64,000 bases of DNA, taken from the NCBI GenBank assembly GCA_963849365.1, contig CAWKHA010000004.1, forward strand, positions 1,430,227-1,494,226, given 5' to 3'. A program made the translations under genes and the position numbers. This stretch comes from an uncultured Actinomycetota bacterium (lineage in GTDB: Bacteria; Actinomycetota; Actinomycetes; Prado026). Of the stretch, positions 1 to 12,779 are shown in pieces. The notes under the pieces are model-generated. The model was not told the origin of the DNA, made no database searches, and saw only the letters and a list, made by a program, of their open reading frames with translations. Numbering within the stretch: position 1 is the stretch's first letter; every line of letters starts with the position of its first letter.

Positions 1-1025
1 GCCACGACCTGGTCCGGTGGGATCAGTGCACCGGAGACCGCGACGACGCGCAGTGCGGAGAGGTCGAGAGTCTCGCGGACCGCCGCGGGCACTTCGAGCA
101 TCCTGTGCAGCACGACCGGTGTCGCGACGACGACCTCGGCGCGGTGCTCGGCCGCGAGACGGAGCACGCGCTCACCGTCGGGGCGGCGGACGAGGACCTC
201 GGTGGTGTCGTAGAGCGGGCACATCCGGTGGTTGAGCCAGCCCCAGGCATGGAAGAGCGGCGCCGCCACGACATGCGTCGCCCGCTGGCGCAGGGGCAGC
301 GCGTCCAGCAGCGCGATCGCGCCCTCGATCGGGGCGTTGTCGCGGGCCACGCCGCGCGGTGTGCCGGTCGTACCGCTGGTGAGGATCACGTGCCGGGACG
401 GCCGCTCGAGGTGGGGTGGGCGGCCCGGCCGGCTGGATGCCAGCTGGGCCAGCGCCAGCGTTGCCCGGTCCCCGCCGCCGTCCAGGCTGAGCAGCGGCAG
501 CCGGTCGGGTACCCGGTCGGCCAGGTCGTCGTCGCAGAAGACCCATTGGATGCCCTCTCGGGTGGCGATCTCGTCGATCTGGTCGCGGGTGAAGCCGGTG
601 TTGAGGTACACCACGTCGGCACCGGTCCGGGACGTCGCTGCGATGGCCTCGGCGTAGCCGCGGGAGGTGCGGCCCAGGAGGCCGACCGACGTCCCCGCGA
701 CGATCCCCGCGTCCACCAGGCCGGTCGCGATCGCGGCGGTCCGGCGCTCGGCCTCGCGGAAGGTGACCACCGGCAGAACGTCGTCATCGGCGTCGATGAC
801 GGCGGGGGAGTCCGGGTGCCGCGCGGCACCCGTGGACCAGCCCAGGGCAGGCGTCGTGCCCCACTGGACGAGGGCCCGGACGAGCTGTGCGGTCCGAGCC
901 GCGTCGACCGGTGGGAACAGCCGGGCGCGAACTCCGCCACGCACGGCGACGCCGGCCAGCCTCGCCGCGCCGACGAGGTCCAGCGGGTCCAGGGCGCGCA
1001 CCACGTCCCGCGGATCCAGCCTCAC
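1..1025 (-). CDS. AMP-dependent synthetase/ligase (acyl-CoA ligase family); partial, C-terminus lies beyond the window start
   Basis: Minus-strand translation (frame absent from the ORF track because it has no stop inside the window) reads ...REGIQWVFCDDD...HLERPSRHVILTSGTTGTPRGVARDN..., containing the adenylate-forming TSGTTGxPKG-type motif. The GTG start (complement of 1023-1025) overlaps the rarD stop as GTGA. Confidence 0.75.
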   Translation of the reverse strand, partial: MRLDPRDVVRALDPLDLVGAARLAGVAVRGGVRARLFPPVDAARTAQLVRALVQWGTTPALGWSTGAARHPDSPAVIDADDDVLPVVTFREAERRTAAIATGLVDAGIVAGTSVGLLGRTSRGYAEAIAATSRTGADVVYLNTGFTRDQIDEIATREGIQWVFCDDDLADRVPDRLPLLSLDGGGDRATLALAQLASSRPGRPPHLERPSRHVILTSGTTGTPRGVARDNAPIEGAIALLDALPLRQRATHVVAAPLFHAWGWLNHRMCPLYDTTEVLVRRPDGERVLRLAAEHRAEVVVATPVVLHRMLEVPAAVRETLDLSALRVVAVSGALIPPDQVV

Positions 1026-1960
1026 TGCACCTCGGGCACGAGTGTCGCCTCCAGGCCTGCGTCCGGCCGACGCTGGGCCCGACCGGCCCGCAACGAGTCG
1101 ACGGAGAACAGCACCAGCGCCGTCCACACGAGCGCGAACCCCACCCAGCGCGACGCCGGCATCGACTCGTGCACCACGAAGACGCCGATCACGAGCTGCA
1201 GGATGGGGGTGATGTACTGCAGCAGTCCCATCGTCGACAGCGGAGTTCGGGCCGCAGCCCCCGCGAACAGCAGCAGCGGGATCGCGGTCACCGCGCCCAC
1301 GCCGACGAGCAGTGTGGTCACGCTGGCACCCGCGTGCCCGAAGGCCGCCGTCCCGTTCACCTGCAAGACCACCAGCAGCGCGGTCGCCGGGACGAACAGC
1401 AGCGCCGTCTCGACGCTCAGGCTCTCGACCGCCGGCATGTCGACCTTCTTCTTCATCAGCCCGTACGTCGCGAACGACAGCGCCAGCACGAGCGCGATCA
1501 CCGGGGGCCGGGCGTACGCGGCGGTGAGCACCACGACCGCGAGCGTCGCGAGTCCGACGGCCGCCCACTGGGCACGCCGGAGCCGCTCGTGCAGCAGCAC
1601 GACCCCGAGCAGCACGGTCACGAGCGGGTTGATGAAGTAGCCGAGCGCTGCCTCGACGACGCGGTCGGAGTTGACGGCCCAGATGTACACGCCCCAGTTG
1701 ACGGCGATGACGACGGACGCGACGGCCAGGATGAGCAGCCGCCGACGGTCAGTGACGATCGACCGCACCCAGGCCCAGCGCCTGCGCATCAGCAGGAGGA
1801 TCACGACGAACAGCAGGGTCCACACGACGCGGTGCGCGAGGATCTCGATCGGCGTGGCCGGCTCGAGCAGCGGGAAGTAGAGCGGGAACAGACCCCAGCA
1901 GGCGTATGCGGCGACGCTGAGCAGCACGCCGCGCCGGTCCTCCGACATCGCCGCGCGCAC
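1022..1960 (-). CDS. rarD: RarD-type EamA/DMT family transporter
   Basis: 312 aa polytopic membrane protein. YACWGLFPLYF, GYFINPLV and LSTMGLLQYITP blocks match E. coli RarD. GTG start 1 nt downstream of the GNAT stop. Confidence 0.8.
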   Translation of the reverse strand: MRAAMSEDRRGVLLSVAAYACWGLFPLYFPLLEPATPIEILAHRVVWTLLFVVILLLMRRRWAWVRSIVTDRRRLLILAVASVVIAVNWGVYIWAVNSDRVVEAALGYFINPLVTVLLGVVLLHERLRRAQWAAVGLATLAVVVLTAAYARPPVIALVLALSFATYGLMKKKVDMPAVESLSVETALLFVPATALLVVLQVNGTAAFGHAGASVTTLLVGVGAVTAIPLLLFAGAAARTPLSTMGLLQYITPILQLVIGVFVVHESMPASRWVGFALVWTALVLFSVDSLRAGRAQRRPDAGLEATLVPEVQ

Positions 1961-1961
1961 G

Positions 1962-2497
1962 TCAGCGGACGCCGTCGGGAGGGCCCATGGCGATGATGGC
2001 GTCCCGGGTGGGCCGCCGGTCCAGCTCCATCCAGCGCCAGACCCCTTCGAGCGGGGCGAAGCCGGCCTGGGCGTAGACGGCGTGCGCGTCGCGGGTGGCG
2101 AGCAGGAGCCGCAGGATGCCGCGGCGCTCGAGCAGCTCGGTGACGCACTCGCGCATCAGCCAGGAGCCGACGCCACGCCCGCGCCAGGCCTCGTCGACGA
2201 ACACGTCGCAGATCCAGGCGAACGTGGCGTCGTCGGTGACGACGCGCGCGAACGCGACCTGCTCCGTCGCGCCATGGGGACCGGGCGCGTACACCCCGAG
2301 GTTCAGCGACCCGCCGACCGAGCGCTCGACGACGTCCCTTGCGCGACCGGCGGCCCAGTACGACTCCTCGGAGAGCCAGCGGGCGATCCGGTCCAGGTCG
2401 AGGCGGTCGCGGTCGGTGGAGATCTCCAGGCCGTCGTCGCGGCGCGCGACGGTCCCGCCCTCGGTGCCGGCCGCGCTGACCCTGCTGCCTCCAGCGG

Positions 2498-2501
<4 letters not shown>
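1962..2501 (-). CDS. GNAT family N-acetyltransferase
   Basis: 179 aa with an acetyl-CoA-binding-like WRGRGVGSWLM block. GTG start overlaps the korB stop (GTGA, plus strand tcac 2498-2501). Confidence 0.7.
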
Positions 2502-3566
<1,065 letters not shown>

Positions 3567-3574
<8 letters not shown>

Positions 3575-5471
3575 GGTCGATCACGTCCTGGATGGCGCCG
3601 GCGAGCTCGGCGGCCTTGAACGGCATCCCGCGGACCCGGTTGTAGCCGATCGCGTCGATGAGGTACTTGGAGCGGATCAGCAGCGCGAGCTGCCCGCCGT
3701 AGCCGTAGCCCAGGTTCATCTCCGGGATGAGCACCTTGTCGTATCCCTTGAGGATGTCGCCGAGGTTGGTCGGGAACGGGTTCAGGTGGCGCAGGTGCAC
3801 CCGGGCGACCTGGCCACCGGCCGCGCGCACGCGCCGGCACGCCGCGGCGATCGGCCCGTAGGTGGATCCCCACCCGAGCACGAGCACCCGCGCCGCGCCG
3901 GACGGGTCGTCGACCTCGATCAGGGGGATGGTGGCCGTGATCGCGTCGATCTTGGCCTGGCGCAGCCGGACCATCAGGTCGTGGTTGTCCGGGTCGTAGG
4001 AGATCTGTCCGGTCCGGTCGGCCTTCTCGATCCCGCCGACGCGGTGCTCCAGCCCGGCCGTGCCGGGGACCGCCCATGGCCGCGCCAACGTGTCCGGGTC
4101 GCGCACATAAGGCAAGAACTGCGGTGCTCCGTGCTCGTCGGTGGCGTTCGGGCCGGTCGCGAAGCCGGGCTCGATCACCGGCAGGGTGGCGACGTCCGGG
4201 ATCTTCCACGGCTCCGAGCCGTTGGCGAGGTACCCGTCCGACAGCAGGTACACCGGGGTGCGGTAGGTGACCGCGATCCGGACCGCCTCGATCGCCGCGT
4301 CGAAGCAGTCCGACGGGGACGCCGCCGCCACGATCGGCACCGGGGCCTCCCCGTTGCGCCCGAACATGGCCATCAACAGGTCGGCCTGCTCGGTCTTGGT
4401 CGGCAACCCGGTCGAGGGTCCGCCGCGCTGGATGTCGCAGATCACCAGCGGCAGCTCCAACGAGACCGCCAACCCGACCGTCTCGGCCTTCAGCGCGATA
4501 CCCGGCCCGGAAGTGGTGGTGACCCCCAGCGACCCGCCGAACGAGGCCCCCAGGGCGGCGCCGATCCCGGCGATCTCGTCCTCGGCCTGGAAGGTGCGCA
4601 CCCCGAACCGCTTGTGCCGGGCCAGCTCGTGCAGCACATCGGAGGCCGGGGTGATCGGGTACGCCCCCAAGAACAGCCCCAGCCCGGCCTGCTGCGCGGC
4701 GGCGACCAGCCCGTACGCCAGCGCCAGGTTCCCGGAGATGTTCCGGTACGTCCCGGCCGGCATGGTCGCCGGCGCCACCTCGTACGACACCGAGAAGTCC
4801 TCGGTGGTCTCCCCGAAGTTCCAGCCCGCGGTGAACGCCGCCAGGTTCGCCGCCAGGATCGCCGGGTTGTTCGCGAACTTGGCCTGCAGGAACGCCTGCG
4901 TGCCCGCCGTCGGCCGGTGGTACAGCCAGCAGAGCAGACCCAACGCGAACATGTTCTTGGCCCGCTCGGCCTCCTTCTTGGACACCTCGATGTCCTTGAG
5001 CGCCTGCACCGTCATCGACGTCAACCCGATCGGGTGCACGTTGTAGGCCTCGAGCGTGCCGTCCTCCAACGGGTTCGAGGCATACCCCACCTTCGCCAAC
5101 GCCCGCGCCGAGAACTCGTCGGTGTTCACGATCAGATCCGCCCCCCGCGGCAGATCCCCCAGGTTCGCCTTCAACGCCGCCGGGTTCATCGCCACCAGCA
5201 CGTTCGGCGCATCCCCCGGCGTCAACACATCATGATCGGCGAAGTGCAGCTGGAACGCCGACACCCCCGGCAACGTCCCGGCCGGCGCCCGGATCTCGGC
5301 GGGGAAGTCCGGCAACGTCGACAGGTCGTTCCCGAACGCCGCCGTCTCCGACGTGAACCGGTCCCCGGTCAGCTGCATCCCGTCGCCCGAGTCCCCGGCG
5401 AACCGGATGATCACCCGATCCACATGGACGACCTGCTTGCGCGCCACGAACGCCACCTCTTTCCTGTTCAA
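3567..5471 (-). CDS. korA: 2-oxoglutarate/2-oxoacid:ferredoxin oxidoreductase alpha subunit
   Basis: 634 aa. Conserved KorA/PorA-gamma fusion architecture (..GYPITPASD.., ..LGWGSTYG..). Confidence 0.88.
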
Positions 5472-5628
5472 CGAGTCTAGGCCGGGTCCCCGAATGCGAC
5501 CGTGCTGCCCGCCATGCGGACTCGTCGCGTCGTCCCGGCCCGGTCCGGACCGACTCGTGGCCGACCTGTGTCCAGGTCGTTGCCCACCGCGACCCGGTCC
5601 GGACGGCCGCCGCGGTTACGGTCGACGG

Positions 5629-6678
5629 GTGGCGTCCGGCAGCAGGTCGATCCTGGGCGCCGCCTTGCTGGTCGCGGTGGCGGTCCTGGCCGCGGGCTGC
5701 GCCTCGTCCCCCGATCGAGCCCCCTCGGCCAGCGCTTCCGCGCCGGTGCCGTCGGGTGGCTCCGACGGGTCGGGCCCGGCGTCGGACCTGACCGGGATCG
5801 GCGGCTCGCCGGTCGGTCTGGCGTTCACGCAGGGCTCGGTCTGGGTGGCCGTCGCGTCGTCCAACCAGCTGACCCGGCTGGACGCGGCCACGGGCGAGAT
5901 CCTCGGCACCTTCGCCGTCGGCGACACGCCGCTGCGGTTGGCCGCCACCCCGCGCGGGATCTGGGTGAGCGAGTTCAAGGCCGGCACCGTCGCGCTGGTC
6001 GACCCGGCGACCGGCGCGATCTCCGCCCGGGTCAAGGTCGGCGCGCAGCCCGAGGGCCTGGCGTCGGACGGCAAGCGGCTGTGGGTCGTCCTGCAGCAGG
6101 AGTCGAAGCTGGTCGAGCTGGACGCCGCCACCGGCGCGGCGGGCCGGACGGTCCGGCTGCCGGCCGGTGGTGAGCCGCGGCTGGCTGCCTACGCCCCGGC
6201 GGCTGCCGGCCGGGCGGCGACGGTCTGGGTGCTGGACTTCGGTGCCGACCGCGTCGTGCCGGTGGACGCGGCCACCGGCAAGGTGGGGAGCCCGGTCGCG
6301 GCCTGTCCCGGCCCGCAGGCGCTGTTCGCCGACGGCGGCACCTTGTGGGTGGCCTGCCTGTCCGGCCGGCTGGTGGCCGTGGACCTCACCACCAGGAAGG
6401 TGCGCGGCTCGGTCGACCTGACCGCGACGGACGGTCCGCCGGACGCCGTGACCGTCTCCGGGGGGAAGGTCTGGGTCGGCCTGTCGACGGGTCCGGCCGT
6501 GCTGGCCGTCGACCCGGCGACGATGAAGGTCACCGGCTCGAGCACTGTGGGCGACGCGGGCGCGCTGCCCAACGCGGACATCGACGTGCTGGTCGCCGGG
6601 GGCCAGGTGTGGGTCTCGTCGTGGAACGAGCAGGGCGTGCACCACGACCCCGTGGGGTGGCTCGGGCCGCCCCCCTAG
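5629..6678 (+). CDS. Secreted lipoprotein with a 7-bladed YVTN/NHL-type beta-propeller
   Basis: Signal peptide plus lipobox (LLVAVAVLAAGC). About seven ~40-aa repeats, each with D(A/P)ATG...VG...P and W/V-rich strands. Start chosen as in-frame GTG 5629; the ORF-track ATG at 5353 lies in the korA promoter region, so the start is uncertain. Confidence 0.6.
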   Translation: MASGSRSILGAALLVAVAVLAAGCASSPDRAPSASASAPVPSGGSDGSGPASDLTGIGGSPVGLAFTQGSVWVAVASSNQLTRLDAATGEILGTFAVGDTPLRLAATPRGIWVSEFKAGTVALVDPATGAISARVKVGAQPEGLASDGKRLWVVLQQESKLVELDAATGAAGRTVRLPAGGEPRLAAYAPAAAGRAATVWVLDFGADRVVPVDAATGKVGSPVAACPGPQALFADGGTLWVACLSGRLVAVDLTTRKVRGSVDLTATDGPPDAVTVSGGKVWVGLSTGPAVLAVDPATMKVTGSSTVGDAGALPNADIDVLVAGGQVWVSSWNEQGVHHDPVGWLGPPP

Positions 6679-6738
6679 ACTGCCGCCTGACCGAGCCCGG
6701 AGCGAGGACCGAGCCGGGAGGCGAAGGGTCGAGCGACC

Positions 6739-7128
6739 ATGAGTCCTGCGGCAGCGACGCGTGACTACTTCGGTGCGTGGGGCGTCGTCGGACTGCTCTT
6801 CGCCGTCGCCGTCGGCTTCGTGGTGGTGGCGTTCGCCGCGAACCGCCTTCTGCGGCCCGACCACCCAACCCGCGAGAAGCTGCTGACGTACGAGTGCGGC
6901 GTGGACCCGGTCGGGACCGGCTGGGCCCAGGTGCACGTCCGCTACTACCTCTACGCGTACCTGTACGTCGTGTTCGCCGTCGACGCGGTGTACCTGTTCC
7001 CGTGGGCCACCGTCTTCGCGGCGCCCGGCTTCGGCACCGTGACGCTCGTCGAGATGGGCGTCTTCGTCGGGTTCCTGGCCGTCGGCCTCCTGTACGCCTG
7101 GCGGCGGGGGGTGCTGCGATGGGTGTGA
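6739..7128 (+). CDS. nuoA: NADH-quinone oxidoreductase (complex I-like) subunit A
   Basis: 129 aa, 3 TM helices, YECG motif. Confidence 0.88.
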   Translation: MSPAAATRDYFGAWGVVGLLFAVAVGFVVVAFAANRLLRPDHPTREKLLTYECGVDPVGTGWAQVHVRYYLYAYLYVVFAVDAVYLFPWATVFAAPGFGTVTLVEMGVFVGFLAVGLLYAWRRGVLRWV

Positions 7129-7688
7129 CGGATCTGCCGTCGCCCACCCTCGGTCCGGTGCAGCGGCTCGCACCGCGACCGCTGCGGCTGGTGCTGAACT
7201 GGGGCCGGCGCTACAGCCTCTGGGTGTTCAACTTCGGGCTCGCCTGCTGCGCGATCGAGTTCATCGCGACGTCGATGGCGCGGCACGACTTCATCCGCCT
7301 CGGCGTGATCCCGTTCGCACCGGGGCCGCGGCAGGCGGACCTGATGATCGTCTCCGGCACGGTCACCGACAAGATGGCCCCGGCGGTGCGCCGGCTCTAC
7401 GAGCAGATGCCCGAGCCCAAGTACGTCATCTCGTTCGGTGCCTGCTCGAACTCCGGCGGGCCCTACTGGGACTCGTACTGCGTGACGAAGGGTGTCGACC
7501 AGGTCATCCCGGTGGACGTGTACGTCCCGGGCTGCCCGCCCCGCCCGGAGGCCTTGCTGCAGGGCATCCTCAAGCTCCAGGAGAAGATCGCCACCGAGGA
7601 CCTCCGCGCCCGCTACCGCCCCGGGGAGCTCGGCGCCGACGTGCTGCGCCGGCCGCTGCTCCCGCCGCCGGCCGAGGCCGCCCGGTGA
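7119..7688 (+). CDS. nuoB: Complex I-like subunit B (20 kDa, N2 cluster-binding)
   Basis: CCAIEF...GACSNSGG...VPGCPP motifs. ATG 7119 overlaps nuoA by 10 nt. Confidence 0.9.
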   Translation: MGVTDLPSPTLGPVQRLAPRPLRLVLNWGRRYSLWVFNFGLACCAIEFIATSMARHDFIRLGVIPFAPGPRQADLMIVSGTVTDKMAPAVRRLYEQMPEPKYVISFGACSNSGGPYWDSYCVTKGVDQVIPVDVYVPGCPPRPEALLQGILKLQEKIATEDLRARYRPGELGADVLRRPLLPPPAEAAR

Positions 7689-8353
7689 GCCCTCGTCCGG
7701 ACGGCGCAGGCACGCGGGCCGCCGAGGCCGCCGGGCTGTTGGCCGGCCGCATGGACGGCACCGCGTCGGAGAGCTTCGGCCAGTGGACGGTCGACGTCCC
7801 CGCCGGTCGCTGGGCGCAGGCGCTCGAGCTGGCCAGGGACGAGCTGGGGCTGGCGTTCTTCGACTGGCTGTCCGCCGTGGACGAGCTGGCCGACGGGTTC
7901 TCGGTCGTCTGCCACCTGGCCGACCCGGACACGCACGCGCACCTGCTGGTCCGGACCCGCGTGGCCGCGGACGCGCCATCGGTCGGCACCGCGACCGGGG
8001 TCTTCCGCGGTGCCTCGTGGCACGAGCGCGAGACACACGAGATGTTCGGCATCGACTTCGCCGGGCACCCGGACCTGCGGCCGCTGCTGCTCCCGGACGG
8101 CTTCGAGGGCCGGCCGCTGCGCAAGGACTTCGTGCTCGCCGCCCGGGTCGCCAAGCCCTTCCCGGGCGCCAAGGAGCCCGGGGAGTCCGAGCGGGACTCG
8201 GCGCCGGCACGGCGCAAGACGCTGCCGCCCGGCGTGCCCGACCCGCAGACCTGGGGACCGCGGCCTCCGGGCGACCGCGGCGGGGACGCGGCAGCCCCGG
8301 CAGTGACGCCGGGCGTCGCCGAGCCTGGCAGCCCGACGCAGGAGGAGCCGTGA
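7685..8353 (+). CDS. nuoC: Complex I-like subunit C (30 kDa) with a P/G/A-rich C-terminal tail
   Basis: [33 protein letters not shown] = complex1_30kDa signature. GTGA overlap with nuoB. Not fused to NuoD. Confidence 0.85.
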   Translation: MSPRPDGAGTRAAEAAGLLAGRMDGTASESFGQWTVDVPAGRWAQALELARDELGLAFFDWLSAVDELADGFSVVCHLADPDTHAHLLVRTRVAADAPSVGTATGVFRGASWHERETHEMFGIDFAGHPDLRPLLLPDGFEGRPLRKDFVLAARVAKPFPGAKEPGESERDSAPARRKTLPPGVPDPQTWGPRPPGDRGGDAAAPAVTPGVAEPGSPTQEEP

Positions 8354-9309
8354 GCACGGCACTGGACGTCGCGCTGCGCCTGGCCGGCGTGATGGTCGCG
8401 TTCCTGGTGCTCCCGCTGCTCGTCGGCCAGACCGAGCACAAGGTGATGGCCCACATGCAGGCGCGGGTCGGACCCATGTACGCCGGTGCCTTCCACGGCT
8501 GGGCCCAGCTGGTCGCCGACGGCGTGAAGTTCGCGCAGAAGGAGGAGGTCGTCCCGGCGGCCGCGGACCGCACGGTGTTCCGGCTCGCGCCCGCAGTCGC
8601 GCTCGTGCCGTACCTCATCGCGCTGGTGGCGATCCCGCTCGGCCCCGGCCAGGTCGCGCAGGAGCTCGACCTCGGCCTGTTCTTCGTGCTGGCGGTCCTG
8701 GCGATCGGCGTGCTCGGACAGCTGATGGCCGGCTGGGCGAGCGCGAGCAAGTTCGCGCTGATCGGCGGGATCCGGACCGCCGCCCAGCTGATGGCGTACG
8801 AGCTCCCGCTCGTCCTGGCCGCCGCCTCGGTGGCGATGGCCGCGGGCACCCTCTCGCTGACCGGCATCGTGCAGGCGTGGCGGCCGTGGTGGCTGGCCTG
8901 GCAGGCGCTGGCGATGGTGGTGTTCTTCGTCGCCGCGCTGGCCGAGCTCGCCCGGCCACCGTTCGACATGCCGTACGCCGACTCGGAGATCATCTTCGGG
9001 CCGCTGACCGAGTACACCGGGCTGCGGTTCGCGCTGTTCCTGCTCGCCGAGTACGCCGGGATCGTCGTCTTCTCGGCGCTGACCGCGGTGCTGTTCCTGG
9101 GCGGCTGGAAGGGTCCGCTGCCGGAGACGCTCGGCTGGCTCTGGACGCTGCTCAAGACCTTCGCGGTGTCCTTCGTCGTGATCTGGGTGCGGGTCACGTA
9201 CCCGCGGCTGCGCGAGGACCAGCTGCAGCGGCTGGCCTGGCAGCTGCTGGTGCCGCTGGCGCTCACGCAGCTCGTGCTGACCGGCGTGGTGCGGGTGGTG
9301 ACCGCGTGA
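8350..9309 (+). CDS. nuoH: Complex I-like subunit H (membrane, quinone channel)
   Basis: Internal GTG 8350 in the frame of ORF 7492..9309, overlapping the nuoC stop (GTGA). The NuoH/ND1 conserved ELPLV..AAGTLSL..EYAG blocks are present. Confidence 0.88.
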   Translation: MSTALDVALRLAGVMVAFLVLPLLVGQTEHKVMAHMQARVGPMYAGAFHGWAQLVADGVKFAQKEEVVPAAADRTVFRLAPAVALVPYLIALVAIPLGPGQVAQELDLGLFFVLAVLAIGVLGQLMAGWASASKFALIGGIRTAAQLMAYELPLVLAAASVAMAAGTLSLTGIVQAWRPWWLAWQALAMVVFFVAALAELARPPFDMPYADSEIIFGPLTEYTGLRFALFLLAEYAGIVVFSALTAVLFLGGWKGPLPETLGWLWTLLKTFAVSFVVIWVRVTYPRLREDQLQRLAWQLLVPLALTQLVLTGVVRVVTA

Positions 9310-9851
9310 GCGCCGAGCCGGCCGAGCCGCCCCCCGCCGGGACCGGTCTGGTGCAGGGGCTGGCGACGACGCTCAGAGCGCTGACCCGCCGCGCGGTGAC
9401 GAACCAGTACCCCGACGTCGAGCCCGAGCTGCCCCCGCGCAGCCGTGGCGTCATCGCGCTGCTGGAGGAGAACTGCACGGTCTGCATGCTGTGCAGCCGC
9501 GAGTGCCCGGACTGGTGCATCTACATCGACTCGCACAAGGAGGTGGTCCCGGCCAAGGAGGAGGGCGCCCGGGACCGCACCAAGAACGTGCTCGACCGGT
9601 TCGCCATCGACTTCTCGCTGTGCATGTACTGCGGCATCTGCATCGAGGTGTGCCCGTTCGACGCTCTGTTCTGGTCGCCGGAGTTCGCGTACTCCGAGTT
9701 CGACATCCGGGACCTCACGCACGAGCGGGACCGGCTCGGACTGTGGATGGCCACCGTCCCGCCGCCGGCCCCCGTCGATGCCGCCGCCGAGGAGCCCAAG
9801 GAGGTGGCCGCAGCCGGCAAGGCCGCTGCGGCGGGCGAGGAGCCGGAATGA
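9306..9851 (+). CDS. nuoI: Complex I-like subunit I (2x[4Fe-4S] ferredoxin)
   Basis: Two CxxCxxCxxxCP motifs ([18 protein letters not shown]). GTGA overlap with nuoH. Confidence 0.9.
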   Translation: MSAEPAEPPPAGTGLVQGLATTLRALTRRAVTNQYPDVEPELPPRSRGVIALLEENCTVCMLCSRECPDWCIYIDSHKEVVPAKEEGARDRTKNVLDRFAIDFSLCMYCGICIEVCPFDALFWSPEFAYSEFDIRDLTHERDRLGLWMATVPPPAPVDAAAEEPKEVAAAGKAAAAGEEPE

Positions 9852-10516
9852 CGCTCCCGCTCTGGCTGCCCGCGGCGGCGCTGCCGGGTCCGCCCGGCGC
9901 CGTGCCCGCGCCGGCGTACCTGTCGCCGACGGGCGCCGAGATCGTGCTGCTGCTGCTCGGGGTCGTCGCGGTCGCCTCCGCGCTGCTGGTGGTCACCACC
10001 AGGCAGCTGGTGCACGCGGCGCTGTGGCTGGTCGTCACGCTTGGTGCGGTGGCCGGCTCGTACCTGGTCCTGACGGCCGAGTTCATCGCCTGGGTGCAGG
10101 TGCTCGTGTACGTCGGCGCGGTAGTCGCCCTGCTGCTGTTCGGGCTGATGCTGACCCGGGCGCCGATCGGCGTGTCGCCAGACCTGGACACCCGCAACCG
10201 CCCGCTGGCAGCGGTGGCCGCGCTAGGCACCGCTGCCGCGCTCGTGGCGCTGGTCGTGGACGGCCTGCGGTCGGCGTACGTGGACCTGTCCGTGCACTCC
10301 GGCGGCGGCTCCGCGGAAGCGGCCGGTGCGGCGCTGTTCCGCACCTGGGTGCTGCCGTTCGAGGTCCTGTCGGTGCTGCTGCTGGCCGCCCTCGTCGGCG
10401 CGATCGTGCTGTCCAGGTCGCCGGCCGGCGCCGCGGACGGGACGGACTCCGCTGCCGGCGCCGACCTTCCGGCCGGCCGGCCGCGGCCCCCGTCGCGGTT
10501 CGGGGGAGCCGGCTGA
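9848..10516 (+). CDS. nuoJ: Complex I-like subunit J
   Basis: Hydrophobic 222 aa with ND6/NuoJ-like N-terminal TM block. ATGA overlap with nuoI. Confidence 0.8.
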   Translation: MTLPLWLPAAALPGPPGAVPAPAYLSPTGAEIVLLLLGVVAVASALLVVTTRQLVHAALWLVVTLGAVAGSYLVLTAEFIAWVQVLVYVGAVVALLLFGLMLTRAPIGVSPDLDTRNRPLAAVAALGTAAALVALVVDGLRSAYVDLSVHSGGGSAEAAGAALFRTWVLPFEVLSVLLLAALVGAIVLSRSPAGAADGTDSAAGADLPAGRPRPPSRFGGAG

Positions 10517-10926
10517 TGCACATCGTGTACCCGGCGGTCGTCTCGGCCCTGCTGTTCTCGATCGGCGTGTACGGCGTGCTCGCCCGGCGCAACGCCATCC
10601 TGGTGCTGATGGCGGTCGAGCTCATGCTCAACGCCGCCAACCTCGACCTCATCGCGTTCGACGTGTGGCTGCGTGACGCCCTGCACTCCGGCCAGGCGAT
10701 GACCCTGTTCGTCATCACGCTCGCCGCGGCCGAGATCGGGCTGGGGCTGGCCATCGTGCTGCTGGTCTACCGGACCCGGTCGACCATCGCGGTCGACGAC
10801 CTCACCGAGATGGGCGAGGGAGCCGCACGGACGCCCGTCGAACCCCGGGAAGCCGCCGAGGCGGCCGAGGCGGCCGATGCGGTCGATGCGGCCGATGCGG
10901 CGGAATCCGCCGGGCCGGCGCGGTGA
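10516..10926 (+). CDS. nuoK: Complex I-like subunit K with an acidic Ala/Glu/Asp-rich C-terminal tail
   Basis: [43 protein letters not shown] = ND4L/NuoK. 1-nt TGATG overlap with nuoJ. Confidence 0.88.
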   Translation: MHIVYPAVVSALLFSIGVYGVLARRNAILVLMAVELMLNAANLDLIAFDVWLRDALHSGQAMTLFVITLAAAEIGLGLAIVLLVYRTRSTIAVDDLTEMGEGAARTPVEPREAAEAAEAADAVDAADAAESAGPAR

Positions 10927-12779
10927 CCGGCTTCTGGCTGCCGGCCGCCCCGCTGGTCGCGGCCGTGGCCGGGTTCGCCGTGCTGCGCCGCGGGCCGCGC
11001 ACGGCGGGCGTGCTGGGCGTGGCCGGCAGCGGGCTCGCCCTGCTCGCGGCCGCAGTGGCCCTGTTCGGGTCGCCCTGGCTGACTCCGGTCCTGACCGATC
11101 TCGCGACGGTGCAGACCGGCGGCCCGCCGGTGCACCTGGCCGCCACCCTCGACGGGCTCGCCGTCGTCGTGTCGGTGATGGTCGGGGTCGTGTCGCTGCT
11201 CGTGCAGCTGTACTCGGTCGAGTACCTGCGCGGCGACCCGCGCTACCCCACGTACGCCGCCTTCGTGTCGCTGTTCACCGCCGCGATGCTGCTCGTGGTC
11301 GTGGCCGGCGACCTGGTGGTGCTGCTGGTCGGCTGGGAAGTCATGGGCCTGTGCTCGTACGTGCTCATCGGGCACCACCGCGAGCTGCCGGAGGCCCGGG
11401 CCGCGGCGCTCAAGGCGTTCCTCACCACGCGCCTGGGTGACGCCGGCTTCGTCGTCGGCGTGATCGTGCTCGGCTGGGCGGCCGGCAGCTTCCGGATCGC
11501 CGACGTGCTCGCCGCCGTCCCGCACCTGCCGGCGGCCACCGTCACCGCGGCCGGGCTGCTGCTCGGCGCGGGCGTGGTCGGCAAGTCCGCGCAGTTCCCG
11601 CTGCACGTCTGGCTGCCGGACGCGATGGCCGGGCCGACTCCCGTGTCGGCGCTCATCCACGCGGCCACGATGGTCGCGGCCGGAGTGTTCGCGGTGGCCC
11701 GGCTCTACCCGGTCTTCGTGGCGTCGCCCGCGACGCTGGCGGTGCTCGGAGTGGTGGCGGCGATCACCATGCTCGGGGCGGCGCTGGCCGCTGTCGCCCA
11801 GGACGACATCAAGCGCGTCCTGGCCTACTCGACGGTGAGCCAGCTGGCGTACATGGTCGGCGCGCTGGCGTGCGGCGGCCGGGACGCCGCGATCTACCAC
11901 CTGCTGGTGCACGCGGCGTTCAAGTCGCTGGGGTTCCTGGCCGCCGGCGCGGTGATCCACGCGGTCGGGTCGAACCTCATGACCCGGATGGGCGGCCTGG
12001 CCCGCTCGATGCCGGTGACGACCGTGACGATGACGATCGCGCTGGCGTCCGGCGCGGGGGTCGTCCCGCTCGCCGGCTTCTTCTCGAAGGAGTCGGTGGT
12101 GTCCGCGGCCGAACGCGCCGCGCGCGGCGAGGTGCCGTCCACCGCGTCCTGGGTCGGCTGGCTCGTCCTGGTCAGCGCGCTGGTGACCGTGGCGGTGACC
12201 GCGGCGTACAGCGCGCGGCTCCTGCTGATGACGTTCGCCGGGCGCTACCGCGGGACGCGCGTCCCGCACGAGGCACCGGCGCTGATGCGGTGGCCGCTGG
12301 TGGTGCTGGCGGTCCCGGCGGCGGCGCTCGGTGTGCTCGGGCTCTCGGCCGGCTGGCTGCCCACCTGGCTGGGAGAGGCCCGGGCCGCCGCCCTGACCCC
12401 CGGCGCCGCGACCGCGGTGGTCTCGCTGGCGCTGGTCGTGCTCGGCGCCGGCGCGGTCTGGCTGCGCTGGCGACCGGCCCCCGACGCCGACCCGGCGGCC
12501 GCCCTCGGTCGGCTGCGTCCGGCGTTCGACAGCGGCTTCGGCGTGGACACGGTCTACGACCGGGTGCTGATCAGGCCGCTGCGCGCGCTCGCCGCCGGCG
12601 TCGTCCGCGCCGACGACGAGGTGGTCTCGGCCGCCGTCCAGGGCAGCGGCGGAGCGACGGTTCGGGCCTCGGTCGGCCTGCGCCGGTTCCAGACCGGCAA
12701 CCCGCAGACGTATCTCACCGGCGCGCTGGCCGGGGTCACGGTGCTGCTGGTCGTTACGGCCGTGGTGGTGTGGACGTGA
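10923..12779 (+). CDS. nuoL: Complex I-like antiporter-like subunit L
   Basis: 618 aa, ND5/NuoL family (..[22 protein letters not shown]..). GTGA overlap with nuoK. Confidence 0.9.
   Translation: MTGFWLPAAPLVAAVAGFAVLRRGPRTAGVLGVAGSGLALLAAAVALFGSPWLTPVLTDLATVQTGGPPVHLAATLDGLAVVVSVMVGVVSLLVQLYSVEYLRGDPRYPTYAAFVSLFTAAMLLVVVAGDLVVLLVGWEVMGLCSYVLIGHHRELPEARAAALKAFLTTRLGDAGFVVGVIVLGWAAGSFRIADVLAAVPHLPAATVTAAGLLLGAGVVGKSAQFPLHVWLPDAMAGPTPVSALIHAATMVAAGVFAVARLYPVFVASPATLAVLGVVAAITMLGAALAAVAQDDIKRVLAYSTVSQLAYMVGALACGGRDAAIYHLLVHAAFKSLGFLAAGAVIHAVGSNLMTRMGGLARSMPVTTVTMTIALASGAGVVPLAGFFSKESVVSAAERAARGEVPSTASWVGWLVLVSALVTVAVTAAYSARLLLMTFAGRYRGTRVPHEAPALMRWPLVVLAVPAAALGVLGLSAGWLPTWLGEARAAALTPGAATAVVSLALVVLGAGAVWLRWRPAPDADPAAALGRLRPAFDSGFGVDTVYDRVLIRPLRALAAGVVRADDEVVSAAVQGSGGATVRASVGLRRFQTGNPQTYLTGALAGVTVLLVVTAVVVWT

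Noticed and set aside
105-1640. 511-aa plus-strand ORF at the left edge
   Set aside because: Antisense to the AMP-ligase and rarD genes, whose minus-strand translations carry clear family motifs. The plus-strand product is low-complexity.
5353-5628. N-terminal 92 codons of the ORF-track version of the lipoprotein gene (ATG 5353)
   Set aside because: It overlaps the korA start and promoter region. The encoded segment (…MRPCCPPCGLVASSRPGPDRLV…) is low-complexity. A signal peptide plus lipobox begins only after GTG 5629. Kept as an uncertainty in the start call.
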